57,253 bases of DNA from a virus (Duplodnaviria; Caudoviricetes): positions 1 through 57,253 of the IMG/VR virus record IMGVR_UViG_3300046352_000133. One strand, 5' to 3'. Positions 1 through 8,637 of the stretch are shown one piece after another (the stretch's first letter is position 1; the number at the start of each line of letters is the position of its first letter). The notes under the pieces are model-generated. The model was given only the letters and a program-made list of their open reading frames with translations, made no database searches and had not been told where the DNA came from. The translations under genes and the position numbers were made by a program.

Positions 1-369
1 TTCAATGGGTTAGTTGTTGTAAAAAACCGAAAAGAGGAAGAAATTATAACAAAAAATGTAAAATTAGATGAACCAATTCGGCAAGATTCCGAATTAGTGG
101 AAAAAAATTATCAAATATACAATGATAGTGGAAAAAATTTGATAAAAGAAGAAGAATCCGAAGTTTTAGTGGAAAATATTTTACAAACGGAAACACTTGC
201 ACCACCTTTACAATGGGAAGAGTTTATGCATCCAGATTTCCAATGGAATAACAAAAAATTGTGGATAAATAATTCAAAAGCAGTAAATTATTGGTTAAAC
301 TCAAGAGGAGGAACTGCAAGAGAACTGAATAAAATCAAAAACGAAGAGGAAAACGTAAAAATTTACTAA
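1..369 (+). CDS. Hypothetical protein, 5'-truncated by the window edge
   Basis: Frame 1 is open from base 1 (FNGLVVVKNRKEEE...) through the GTG at 97 to TAA at 367-369, so the real start probably lies upstream of the window. Confidence 0.75.
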   Translation, partial: FNGLVVVKNRKEEEIITKNVKLDEPIRQDSELVEKNYQIYNDSGKNLIKEEESEVLVENILQTETLAPPLQWEEFMHPDFQWNNKKLWINNSKAVNYWLNSRGGTARELNKIKNEEENVKIY

Positions 370-701
370 TGATAACCGTTTCAGAAATAGCATTAAATCA
401 CATTACATCTTTGATGATGGAAAAAGGCATAAATATCGATACTCATTATTTGAGAGTTGGTGTTGAAGGTGGTGGTTGTAGTGGTTTATCGTATGTAATG
501 GATTTTGATGATAATATTAAAACAACAGATGATGTTGTAGATACATCAAATGGATTAAAAGTAATAATAGACCGTAAATCACTTCTATATCTAGCTGGCA
601 CAGAATTATCATATTCCGATGGATTAAATGGCAAAGGATTCCAATGGGGAAACCCCAACGCAAGTAGAACTTGTGGGTGTGGTGAAAGTTTTTCTATATA
701 A
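369..701 (+). CDS. iscA: A-type Fe-S cluster carrier protein (IscA/SufA/HesB family)
   Basis: LRVGVEGGGCSGLSY and C-terminal NPNASRTCGCGESF motifs supply the three conserved Cys. Confidence 0.95.
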   Translation: MITVSEIALNHITSLMMEKGINIDTHYLRVGVEGGGCSGLSYVMDFDDNIKTTDDVVDTSNGLKVIIDRKSLLYLAGTELSYSDGLNGKGFQWGNPNASRTCGCGESFSI

Positions 702-702
702 G

Positions 703-734
703 CTTGGAATTATAAAATAAATTTCTTATATTTG
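703..734 (+). promoter_or_regulatory. Bacteroidota-type -33/-7 promoter upstream of uvsE
   Basis: CTTG (703-706), 20 nt, TATATTTG (727-734) matches TTTG-N19-21-TAnnTTTG. The same architecture recurs at 23153, 39213 and 40877. Confidence 0.7.
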
Positions 735-738
735 AATT

Positions 739-1635
739 ATGAATATAGGATATGCGTGCATCAATATGACATTAGGAGAACAAACTCCTAAAATTACTAC
801 AAATCGTAGTATGGTTAAGAAAACTTTTACACAAAAAGGTATTTCTTATGCTTCGGAACTAGCACTACAAAACTCTCGTGACTTATTTGAGATTCTCAAA
901 TGGAATGTAGCAAATAACATCAAATTATTTCGTACTTCATCGGATATGTTTCCGTGGGCAAGTGAATACAATTTAGAAGATTTGCCAGATTACAACAAAA
1001 TATCAAATATCCTAAAAGGTTGTGGTACTTATGCAAACAATAATGGTTTGCGTATAAATTCACATCCAGGTCCGTTCAATGTGTTAGTTTCTCCTAATCC
1101 AAAAGTAGTACAAAATACATTTGTAGATTTAGAAATACATGGTAAAGTATTTGATATGATGGGTTTATCTAAAACCCCATACAACAATATTAATATTCAT
1201 TGTAACGGTGTCTACGGAGATAAAATCTCTGCAATGGATAGATTCTGTGCTAACTTTGAGAAACTCTCTGACAGTGTAAGGAAACGATTGACAATAGAGA
1301 ATGATGATAAGGCATCTATGTACTCTGTTTCGGATTTGATGTATATTCACAAAAAGATTGGCATTCCAATCGTATTCGACTATCATCACCATCAGTTTTG
1401 TACCGGTGATTTATCAGAAAAACAAGCATTGGAGTTAGCATCTACAACTTGGCCAAAAGGTGTTACACCAGAAGTACATTATTCAGAATCAAAAGCTTTG
1501 CACGAAGAAAATAGTAAATTAAAACCACAAGCTCATTCTGATTATATTAAACAACTACCTAACTTATACGGTAATGTTGTAGATATTATGGTTGAGGCAA
1601 AAGCAAAAGAATTAGCAATATTACCCTTTTTATAA
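739..1635 (+). CDS. uvsE: UV damage endonuclease (UvsE/UVDE)
   Basis: IGYACIN N-terminus; LFRTSSDMFPWAS, HPGPF, IENDD, FDYHHH, HYSES, AHSDY and MVEAKAKELA motifs. Confidence 0.95.
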   Translation: MNIGYACINMTLGEQTPKITTNRSMVKKTFTQKGISYASELALQNSRDLFEILKWNVANNIKLFRTSSDMFPWASEYNLEDLPDYNKISNILKGCGTYANNNGLRINSHPGPFNVLVSPNPKVVQNTFVDLEIHGKVFDMMGLSKTPYNNINIHCNGVYGDKISAMDRFCANFEKLSDSVRKRLTIENDDKASMYSVSDLMYIHKKIGIPIVFDYHHHQFCTGDLSEKQALELASTTWPKGVTPEVHYSESKALHEENSKLKPQAHSDYIKQLPNLYGNVVDIMVEAKAKELAILPFL

Positions 1636-1636
1636 T

Positions 1637-1975
1637 ATGAAAAAATACGCACTATTCATCGGAAGATGGCAAACTTGGCATGAAGGACACGATTGGTTAA
1701 TATCACAACAATACGATAACGGTAAAAATGTTTGGATAGCAATTAGAGATGTTCCACAGGATGAAAATAATCCTAAATCACCCAAAGAAGTATTGGATGA
1801 ACTAACGCATATATTACAAAATAAAATAGAAGAAGGTAGATTATATATTTCAATTATTCCTGATATTGAAAGTGTAAATTATGGTAGATATGTTGGGTAT
1901 GATGTTATATATCACGAACCACCAACTGAAATTGGTTTAATAAGTGGAACTTCAATAAGAAATGGTTCAGTATAA
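1637..1975 (+). CDS. Small HIGH-superfamily nucleotidyltransferase (cytidylyltransferase-like)
   Basis: FIGRWQTWHEGH (HxGH) at the N-terminus and ISGTSIR (SxT/S-x-IR) at the C-terminus. Confidence 0.8.
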   Translation: MKKYALFIGRWQTWHEGHDWLISQQYDNGKNVWIAIRDVPQDENNPKSPKEVLDELTHILQNKIEEGRLYISIIPDIESVNYGRYVGYDVIYHEPPTEIGLISGTSIRNGSV

Positions 1976-2183
1976 AAGACATATTGCAAAAACTATATCT
2001 TACAGAATTATTAGCACTCTTATAGGGTTTCTTTTAATGTGGTGGATAAGTGGTTCAATTAAAATAGGAACTGCATTTAGTATAATAGAAATAATTTACA
2101 AACCGATTCAATATTATGTTCACGAAAGAATATGGTATAGATTTATAAAATACGGATTAAACGATAAAACAAAAAGAAAATGA
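1962..2183 (+). CDS. Small membrane protein, DUF2061-like
   Basis: KRHIAKTISYRIIST...YYVHERIW pattern with hydrophobic helices. Confidence 0.75.
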   Translation: MVQYKRHIAKTISYRIISTLIGFLLMWWISGSIKIGTAFSIIEIIYKPIQYYVHERIWYRFIKYGLNDKTKRK

Positions 2184-2821
2184 AATTAATTACAGACAAA
2201 GGAACAAACGGTTTAACCACCTCAGAATTTAAAAAGTTTCTTTTAAAACCAACTCCAAAAACAGAAATTACTGCAAAAGAAGCAGACGAGTTAGAGCAAT
2301 TACTTAAAGATGGTTTAGCACAATATCCAGGTTTGGGTATTTCTGCAACTCAATTGGGTATTAAAAAAAGAGCTTGTTATATTAAGTTTGGAGATGAAGA
2401 AAATGGTAGAGAACTATTCCTTTTAAATCCAGTTATTACATATCGTTCTAATGAAGGATTTATTTTCTATGAAGGTTGTTTATCTATTCCAAAAACAGTT
2501 GAGAACCCATTAAAAACTATTAGAGCTTGTAAAGTTGTAGTTGATACGGATAATTTGGGAACTTTGAAATTTGAAATTAACAAAGAAGGAGATAAAGATA
2601 TGGTTTCGGTAGAAACTATGATGACAGTTATTGTTCAGCATGAGATTGACCATTTAGATGGCATTACTATTAAAGATAGGGTATATTCAACAACTCGTAC
2701 AGTTAAAACAAAACCTGGCAGAAACTCAATTGTGGTTATGAAATCACCAGAAGGGGAGTTAGTTGAAGTTAAGTATAAGAAAGCAAATGATTATTATTTA
2801 CAAGGATACGAAATAGTTTAA
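2180..2821 (+). CDS. def: Peptide deformylase
   Basis: All three PDF motifs: GLGISATQLG, EGCLS and QHEIDHLDG. Confidence 0.95.
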   Translation: MKLITDKGTNGLTTSEFKKFLLKPTPKTEITAKEADELEQLLKDGLAQYPGLGISATQLGIKKRACYIKFGDEENGRELFLLNPVITYRSNEGFIFYEGCLSIPKTVENPLKTIRACKVVVDTDNLGTLKFEINKEGDKDMVSVETMMTVIVQHEIDHLDGITIKDRVYSTTRTVKTKPGRNSIVVMKSPEGELVEVKYKKANDYYLQGYEIV

Positions 2822-2823
2822 TT

Positions 2824-3063
2824 ATGGAAATTATACTAGGAATTGTAATTGTTTGTTTATTAGCAGCAATATACGGAATTTATAATCTTCTAAAAAAATT
2901 AGAAAGATACGAAGATTTTATCGAACAAGAAACAACTAAAAACCAGGCATTGCTGGAAGCATTAAGAGAGATTGATTCTCGTGAAATGTTTGAGAAGGAT
3001 GATGACGTAGGTTCTATATTTTATCAAATAAAAGAAACTATCGAAAGATTCAAAAACATTTAG
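2824..3063 (+). CDS. Hypothetical protein with an N-terminal membrane anchor
   Basis: Hydrophobic N-terminal ~20 aa followed by a charged helical region; tightly packed between its neighbours. Confidence 0.7.
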   Translation: MEIILGIVIVCLLAAIYGIYNLLKKLERYEDFIEQETTKNQALLEALREIDSREMFEKDDDVGSIFYQIKETIERFKNI

Positions 3064-3064
3064 A

Positions 3065-3754
3065 ATGGCAAGAAAAGCAAAAAGTAAACAATACTTTACA
3101 AAAGATACAGAAGATGCAATTATAGAATATAATTTATCGGATGAACAAAGAGTTAAAGATTTATTATACAGAGATAGAATAAAACCTGCATTTGATAAAC
3201 TTGCTGAAATAGTTTATAATAAATGGAAGTTTAGTTACTTTGATGATGGTCCGCAGGATGTGATGGCAGAAGTTGTTGCGTTTATGGTTGAAAAGATTCA
3301 TATGTATAAGAATGGTAAAGGTAAAGCATTTTCATACTTTACAATTGTTGCTAGAAATTATCTTATTTTAAATAATAACGCAAATTACAAAAGGTATAAG
3401 GATACTGATGTTTTATCTTCTTTACCAGAAACGTTTGATACTGAAAATAATTTCAAAGAAGAGGTTATAAACGATGAATTCCGTACATTTAATAAAAGAA
3501 TGTTAGCATATTGGGATGTTCATTTAGAAAATTATTTTCCAAAGAAACGTGATATGCAAATTGCCGATGCGGTTTTGGAATTATTTAGAAGAGCAGAATA
3601 TATAGAAAATTTCAATAAAAAATCTCTATACCTGCTTATTAGAGAAATGACAGGCCACCCAACTCATTACATAACAAAAGTTGTCAATAAAATGAAAGAA
3701 AGACAAATGGATTTATTTAATGAATTCCAAGATATAGGGGACATTAAAATTTAA
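3065..3754 (+). CDS. Putative phage sigma factor (T4 gp55-like late sigma)
   Basis: KIHMYKNGKGKAFSYFTIVARNYLI resembles the region-2 (K/N)(A/P)F(S/A)YFT motif of phage sigma factors; basic N-terminus with a YF motif. Confidence 0.6.
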   Translation: MARKAKSKQYFTKDTEDAIIEYNLSDEQRVKDLLYRDRIKPAFDKLAEIVYNKWKFSYFDDGPQDVMAEVVAFMVEKIHMYKNGKGKAFSYFTIVARNYLILNNNANYKRYKDTDVLSSLPETFDTENNFKEEVINDEFRTFNKRMLAYWDVHLENYFPKKRDMQIADAVLELFRRAEYIENFNKKSLYLLIREMTGHPTHYITKVVNKMKERQMDLFNEFQDIGDIKI

Positions 3755-3758
3755 CACT

Positions 3759-5462
3759 ATGATTCAATTAGGGATTTCAGCTTTCTATCATGATTCAGCA
3801 GCTTCAATAGTAATAGATGGTAGAGTTATATGTGCAATAGAAGAAGAGAAGTTGTCAGGCATAAAGCATGACAACTCTTTTCCATTTAAGGCAATTGCTT
3901 GGTGTTTAAGCTACGCAAATATAACAATCGATGATGTTACTATGGTGTGTTGGTATGAGAACCCAGATTTGAAGTATGATAGGGTAAAACATACATTGGG
4001 TAAGAGGTGGATTCGTAATTTTAAGACTTGGTTTAAGTTTAAAAAAGAATTTAACGCAACAGAAGGCAATTTATCCCAATTTTTAGATAAAAACATCGGT
4101 TTTAGGGGTAAATTATACAAAGTTAAACACCATTTATCACATTTAGCACTATCTTTCTATACATCACCATATGATGATGCTATCGGGGTGTCTATTGATG
4201 GGGTGGGTGAATGGGATACTATTTCCATTGCAAAGTGTGATATTGGGGGTATTAGAGAGGTAAAATCGGTATATTTTCCCAATTCTTTGGGATTGGTGTA
4301 TTCAACTATAACTGCATATTTGGGATTCAAACCCAATGAAGGAGAATATAAGGTAATGGGGTTAGCTCCCTACGGAACTCCTAAAAACTACGAACACGTT
4401 TTTGATAAATTCACTAAATTAGGTGGAGATGATATTGTTAGTATAGACCAAAAGTATTTTACTTGGCAATATTCTAATACTGATATGTTTACTATGGATT
4501 TAGTAGACTTAATTGGGTTTGAACCAAGAACGCCAGATTCGGAAATAGAACTACATCATATGGAGTTAGCATCGGCTCTTCAAACTTGGTATGAAAAGTG
4601 TTTTTACTATTTAATCAACGTTTCAACCGAATACATTGATAGTAAGAATTTAGTATTAGGTGGTGGGTGTGCATATAATGGAACTGCTAATGGTAAGATA
4701 AAACAAAACACATCTATAAAGGATGTGTGGATTCCGTATGCTCCATCTGATGCAGGTTCTGCAATTGGTGCGTGTTTATATGTTTGGCATGATTGTTTAG
4801 GGCATCATAAAAAAAGAGGAGGTGATAACCAATCACCATATTTAGGACCTGAGTTTAGTGAAGAATATATTTTGGATATTATAAAAAAATCCAATAACTT
4901 AATGGTCGATATTATCGAAGATGAAGACGATTTATGTAGAATTACTGCTAATATTATAAATAATGGAAAAATCGTTGGTTGGTTTCAAGATAGAACTGAA
5001 TTTGGTGCAAGAGGGTTAGGTAATCGTTCTATATTAGGTAATCCACATATATCAGATATTAGAGATAGAATAAATAAAGTTGTAAAGAAAAGAGAAATGT
5101 TTAGACCATTTGCTCCATCTGTAACTTTTGAAGATTATGCAAAATACTTTGATTCAGAAGGAGAAGTGCCATATATGAATCAAGTTGTTAAAGTTACTGG
5201 ATATAAAGATATACCATCTGTAACACACATTGACCGTTCAGCAAGAATACATACGGTTAGAAGAGAACAAAACCCATTATATTATAAACTCTTAAAAGAA
5301 TTTGAAAAAATAAGTGGAACTCCTATATTATTAAATACATCTTTTAATTTAAAAGGACATACTACAACTAACGACCCACATAAAGCAATTTGGACATTTG
5401 AAAATTGTGATATGGATTATTTGGTTATGGGAAACTGTATAATCAGTAAATTAAAGAAATAA
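3759..5462 (+). CDS. Carbamoyltransferase, NodU/CmcH/TobZ family
   Basis: LGISAFYHDSAA, HHLSH, DGVGE, GEYKVMGLAPYG, EFGARGLGNRSIL, KKREMFRPFAP and LLNTSFN motifs. Confidence 0.95.
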   Translation: MIQLGISAFYHDSAASIVIDGRVICAIEEEKLSGIKHDNSFPFKAIAWCLSYANITIDDVTMVCWYENPDLKYDRVKHTLGKRWIRNFKTWFKFKKEFNATEGNLSQFLDKNIGFRGKLYKVKHHLSHLALSFYTSPYDDAIGVSIDGVGEWDTISIAKCDIGGIREVKSVYFPNSLGLVYSTITAYLGFKPNEGEYKVMGLAPYGTPKNYEHVFDKFTKLGGDDIVSIDQKYFTWQYSNTDMFTMDLVDLIGFEPRTPDSEIELHHMELASALQTWYEKCFYYLINVSTEYIDSKNLVLGGGCAYNGTANGKIKQNTSIKDVWIPYAPSDAGSAIGACLYVWHDCLGHHKKRGGDNQSPYLGPEFSEEYILDIIKKSNNLMVDIIEDEDDLCRITANIINNGKIVGWFQDRTEFGARGLGNRSILGNPHISDIRDRINKVVKKREMFRPFAPSVTFEDYAKYFDSEGEVPYMNQVVKVTGYKDIPSVTHIDRSARIHTVRREQNPLYYKLLKEFEKISGTPILLNTSFNLKGHTTTNDPHKAIWTFENCDMDYLVMGNCIISKLKK

Positions 5463-5488
5463 ATAATTATTAGTATATAAACAATATT

Positions 5489-5893
5489 ATGGCATCGGAA
5501 TTCCAGTTATTTGATGGTAAAAACTTATCATCACTATTTAAAGATATTTACGAAAATCAACAAGCAAAAAAGAAGAATATTTCAGAAATGATTGAATCTC
5601 TTCGTAAGTTGATTCGTAATGTAGGTGAAGCAACAGTTCTTGCTCCAATTATTAGAGATTTGATTGATTCATCTATTAAGAATGACGACCATTTAATTAA
5701 ATTGGCAACAATTGCCCAAAGATTAGCATCTGCGGAAGCAAAGGGAATTGGTGAAGATGGGTGGTTGAGTGAAGCAGAAAAAGCACAATTAGTAGGTGAT
5801 ATGGAAGATACTATAAATGAAATTGAAAAAAAGAACGATGAACGGTTATTAGATATTCAAGTTGAAATAGAAGATATAAAAACAAAAATATAA
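5489..5893 (+). CDS. Hypothetical helical/coiled-coil phage protein
   Basis: Clean ORF abutting the next start; KNDDHLIKLATIAQR helical pattern; no function recognised. Confidence 0.75.
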   Translation: MASEFQLFDGKNLSSLFKDIYENQQAKKKNISEMIESLRKLIRNVGEATVLAPIIRDLIDSSIKNDDHLIKLATIAQRLASAEAKGIGEDGWLSEAEKAQLVGDMEDTINEIEKKNDERLLDIQVEIEDIKTKI

Positions 5894-7096
5894 ATGGAAG
5901 CATTTTTAGCAACGGTTGATAAAGTATATCCAACTAATACTGATTTTTTAAAAAAAGATGTTGATAAAATATCAATATATAATGATAATACAAAATTTTC
6001 GGATTTAGATGCTAGACGGTATGGTGTTATAACGTATTTATCAGAAACCGGTGTTGAAACTGACCCTGCACAACCATTTGATAAAAATAATTTTACATTT
6101 CCAATTAAAGGTGAGACGGTTGTAATATTCAAAATTGCAAATCAAACATTTTGGATGCCATACACAAATACACCATATGTAAATTATAGAAAAGATTATA
6201 TTACAAAAACAGCAACCAACGCAGAAGATATAACCGAAGTTGGTGGAAATACAACTGCAAAAAAACATAGAGAAACGGTAAATGTAGGTGGGACTACTAC
6301 AAACGCAGCTGCTGGAAACCCTTCGGATAAAAAGGAATATAAAGTAAATGAAAAAATTAAATTTTTAAATCCAAAAGAAGGTGATACTATTTTAAGTGGT
6401 AGAGTTGGTAATACAATTCGTTTATCCGAATTCTTTTTATCTTCAGATGGTAAATCTTATCCTGGTATATTCATTCGTAATAAACAAAATGCAGAATTAG
6501 ATTCTAAACCTATTGGAGAACTTATAGATGAGGATATAAATAAAGATGGAACATCTGTTTACTTTGTATCGGGTAAAACCAAAGTTCCGTTTAAAGAAAC
6601 AATATCTAAAACTAAAATAGGATTTAAAGAATATCCATCTGATTTTAGTGGAGAACAATTATTTATAAATTCGGATAGAATAATCCTTTCAGCAAAAGCA
6701 AAAGAGTTTATTATATATGGAAAAGGAAACACAGGTGTAATTACAGATGGTAACTATTCGGTAGATGCGGGTAAAGATGTTTATATAAATTCCAATAAAA
6801 ATATTATAATACATTCCAATAAATCAAATCAAATATTTTTAAATTCAGAAAATGGTAAGATATTTTTAGGAAAGAATGAACCTCCCGGTGATGCAGATGC
6901 ATCAGTTCAAAAAATGGTATTAGGAGGAGAGTTAGTACAAATACTTACAGAATTAATAGATACAATAACACAACAGGTATATCTAACACCCGCAGGACCA
7001 TCTGCACCAGGACCAACTAATGTTGCTCAATTTAATGCTATAAAATCAAAATTACAAACAATACTATCTGCTAATAATTATTTGAGTAAAAACTAA
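5894..7096 (+). CDS. Baseplate hub/spike protein (gp5/VgrG-like, no lysozyme domain seen)
   Basis: N-terminal OB-fold-like FPIKGETVVI; EGDTILSGRVGNTIRL; beta-helix-like repeats (INSDRIILSAK, IYINS, IFLNS); C-terminal VLGGEL...TPAGPS; lies upstream of gp25/gp6 homologues. Confidence 0.65.
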   Translation: MEAFLATVDKVYPTNTDFLKKDVDKISIYNDNTKFSDLDARRYGVITYLSETGVETDPAQPFDKNNFTFPIKGETVVIFKIANQTFWMPYTNTPYVNYRKDYITKTATNAEDITEVGGNTTAKKHRETVNVGGTTTNAAAGNPSDKKEYKVNEKIKFLNPKEGDTILSGRVGNTIRLSEFFLSSDGKSYPGIFIRNKQNAELDSKPIGELIDEDINKDGTSVYFVSGKTKVPFKETISKTKIGFKEYPSDFSGEQLFINSDRIILSAKAKEFIIYGKGNTGVITDGNYSVDAGKDVYINSNKNIIIHSNKSNQIFLNSENGKIFLGKNEPPGDADASVQKMVLGGELVQILTELIDTITQQVYLTPAGPSAPGPTNVAQFNAIKSKLQTILSANNYLSKN

Positions 7097-7647
7097 TGTC
7101 TTGGAATACTTTTAAATCTACACTATTACCCGCTATGCAATCAAATGTATATGGGAATAATATTGCCGGATTTTCAAAAGTATTTACAACATCATATGAT
7201 ATTACTATAAAGAGTGGATTTGATTCATTGAATAAAGTACCACTTGCAAAAGGTAATACTACTTTAATGGAATCAACCATAACTGCATTATTAACACAAA
7301 CTCAATTATCAACATCATTAACATTTTTAGATGTGGTAGGTCCTGCTATAATTGGATATTGGGTAGGTGCTGAATTATCACATTTTCCACCACCGATGAT
7401 ACCTGCGGTTGGGACTATACAAAATATATCAACATTATCTGCGATTGTATTATCACCCGGTGTATGGACACCATTACCGGTTGTTCCTACTAATAATTCA
7501 TCTATATTTTTAGATTCTTTTATAAGTTCTGCAAAAATACATTTAACAACTATTAGTGGTATTTTTTCAGTAATAGGACAATATCCACCACCTGCACCCG
7601 CAGCACCTGCCATATTATCCTGGTCTGGATATAATGTTATTGGGTAA
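7096..7647 (+). CDS. Hypothetical virion/baseplate-associated protein
   Basis: Translationally coupled (TAATG) to the spike gene; rich in Pro and small residues. Confidence 0.6.
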   Translation: MSWNTFKSTLLPAMQSNVYGNNIAGFSKVFTTSYDITIKSGFDSLNKVPLAKGNTTLMESTITALLTQTQLSTSLTFLDVVGPAIIGYWVGAELSHFPPPMIPAVGTIQNISTLSAIVLSPGVWTPLPVVPTNNSSIFLDSFISSAKIHLTTISGIFSVIGQYPPPAPAAPAILSWSGYNVIG

Positions 7648-7660
7648 ATTTTAAGTTATT

Positions 7661-7668
7661 ATATTTAT
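7661..7668 (+). promoter_or_regulatory. Putative phage late-promoter motif ATATTTAT
   Basis: Same octamer lies in intergenic gaps before ORFs at 7692, 14257, 19354, 21301, 22527, 27747 and 55881. Confidence 0.6.
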
Positions 7669-7691
7669 TACTAAACAAACAATTTTTTTTT

Positions 7692-8198
7692 ATGAAATCA
7701 GACATTTTAGTAACCCTTATCAAAGAGGTTGTAAAAAACGAAGTTAAACAACAAGTTAAAGAAGAACTTGTTAAACTTATCAAATCTGGTGTAGTTACAT
7801 TAAACTCACAAAACAAATCAACACCATCGTTAGCAGAATTAACGGAGGTTAGAACCGCTCCTGTTAAAAAACAAACAGTAGCACCTACTCAACAAAGAAC
7901 TCAACAAACACAGAGGGAATTTACAAAAGACCCAATGATAAATGAGATTCTTAATATGACAACTCCATTTACATCTGCACAAAGAGTAGAAGGTGGACAA
8001 GGTGGTGGTAGTGTATTAGATATGATACAACCAAAAATGAGTGTTGAAGAAGATGGTTGGGAAACTATGGATTTTAGTGGAGCAGGTGTTCCACAAAATA
8101 TTCCACAACAATTTGAATCAACGGGTGATGATTTACAAGATGCAACAATGAAAGCATTAACAAGGGATTATTCAGAGTTAGTTAAAAGATTTAAATAA
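7692..8198 (+). CDS. Hypothetical phage protein
   Basis: N-terminal LIKEVVKNEV and C-terminal ALTRDYSELVKRF; sits directly before gp25. Confidence 0.75.
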   Translation: MKSDILVTLIKEVVKNEVKQQVKEELVKLIKSGVVTLNSQNKSTPSLAELTEVRTAPVKKQTVAPTQQRTQQTQREFTKDPMINEILNMTTPFTSAQRVEGGQGGGSVLDMIQPKMSVEEDGWETMDFSGAGVPQNIPQQFESTGDDLQDATMKALTRDYSELVKRFK

Positions 8199-8635
8199 TG
8201 GCAATAGAGCTTGGTAAGGTAAATGTAGTAGATTTAGCGGAAAATGATTATAAAGTATTAGGTATTGGAATAAATAACACTTCCAATTCTAATGGTATTT
8301 TTGCTGTCAATTATACTACACTTACTCAAGCAAAAGATAATCTTAAAAATCTTATCTTAACTAGAAAAGGTGAAAGATTAATGCAACCTGAATTTGGGTG
8401 TGATGTTTGGGGAGTGTTATTTGAGCAAATGGGTGGTAATGTAATAGAAACAAGTATAGAAACTTCAATATTAGATGCAGTATCTATTTGGTTACCATAT
8501 TTAAATATAGATACTATCGTATTCGATTACGATGAAAATGACATAGATAATAATAGAATAGCTTTGGATATTAAATTTTCATTAGTTTCAAATAAGAATC
8601 TATCCGAATCAATACAAATAACTGTAAATAACTAA
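8198..8635 (+). CDS. Baseplate wedge / sheath initiator, T4 gp25-like
   Basis: NLKNLILTRKGERLMQPEFGC and WLPYL motifs typical of GPW/gp25. Confidence 0.9.
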   Translation: MAIELGKVNVVDLAENDYKVLGIGINNTSNSNGIFAVNYTTLTQAKDNLKNLILTRKGERLMQPEFGCDVWGVLFEQMGGNVIETSIETSILDAVSIWLPYLNIDTIVFDYDENDIDNNRIALDIKFSLVSNKNLSESIQITVNN

Positions 8636-8637
8636 TA

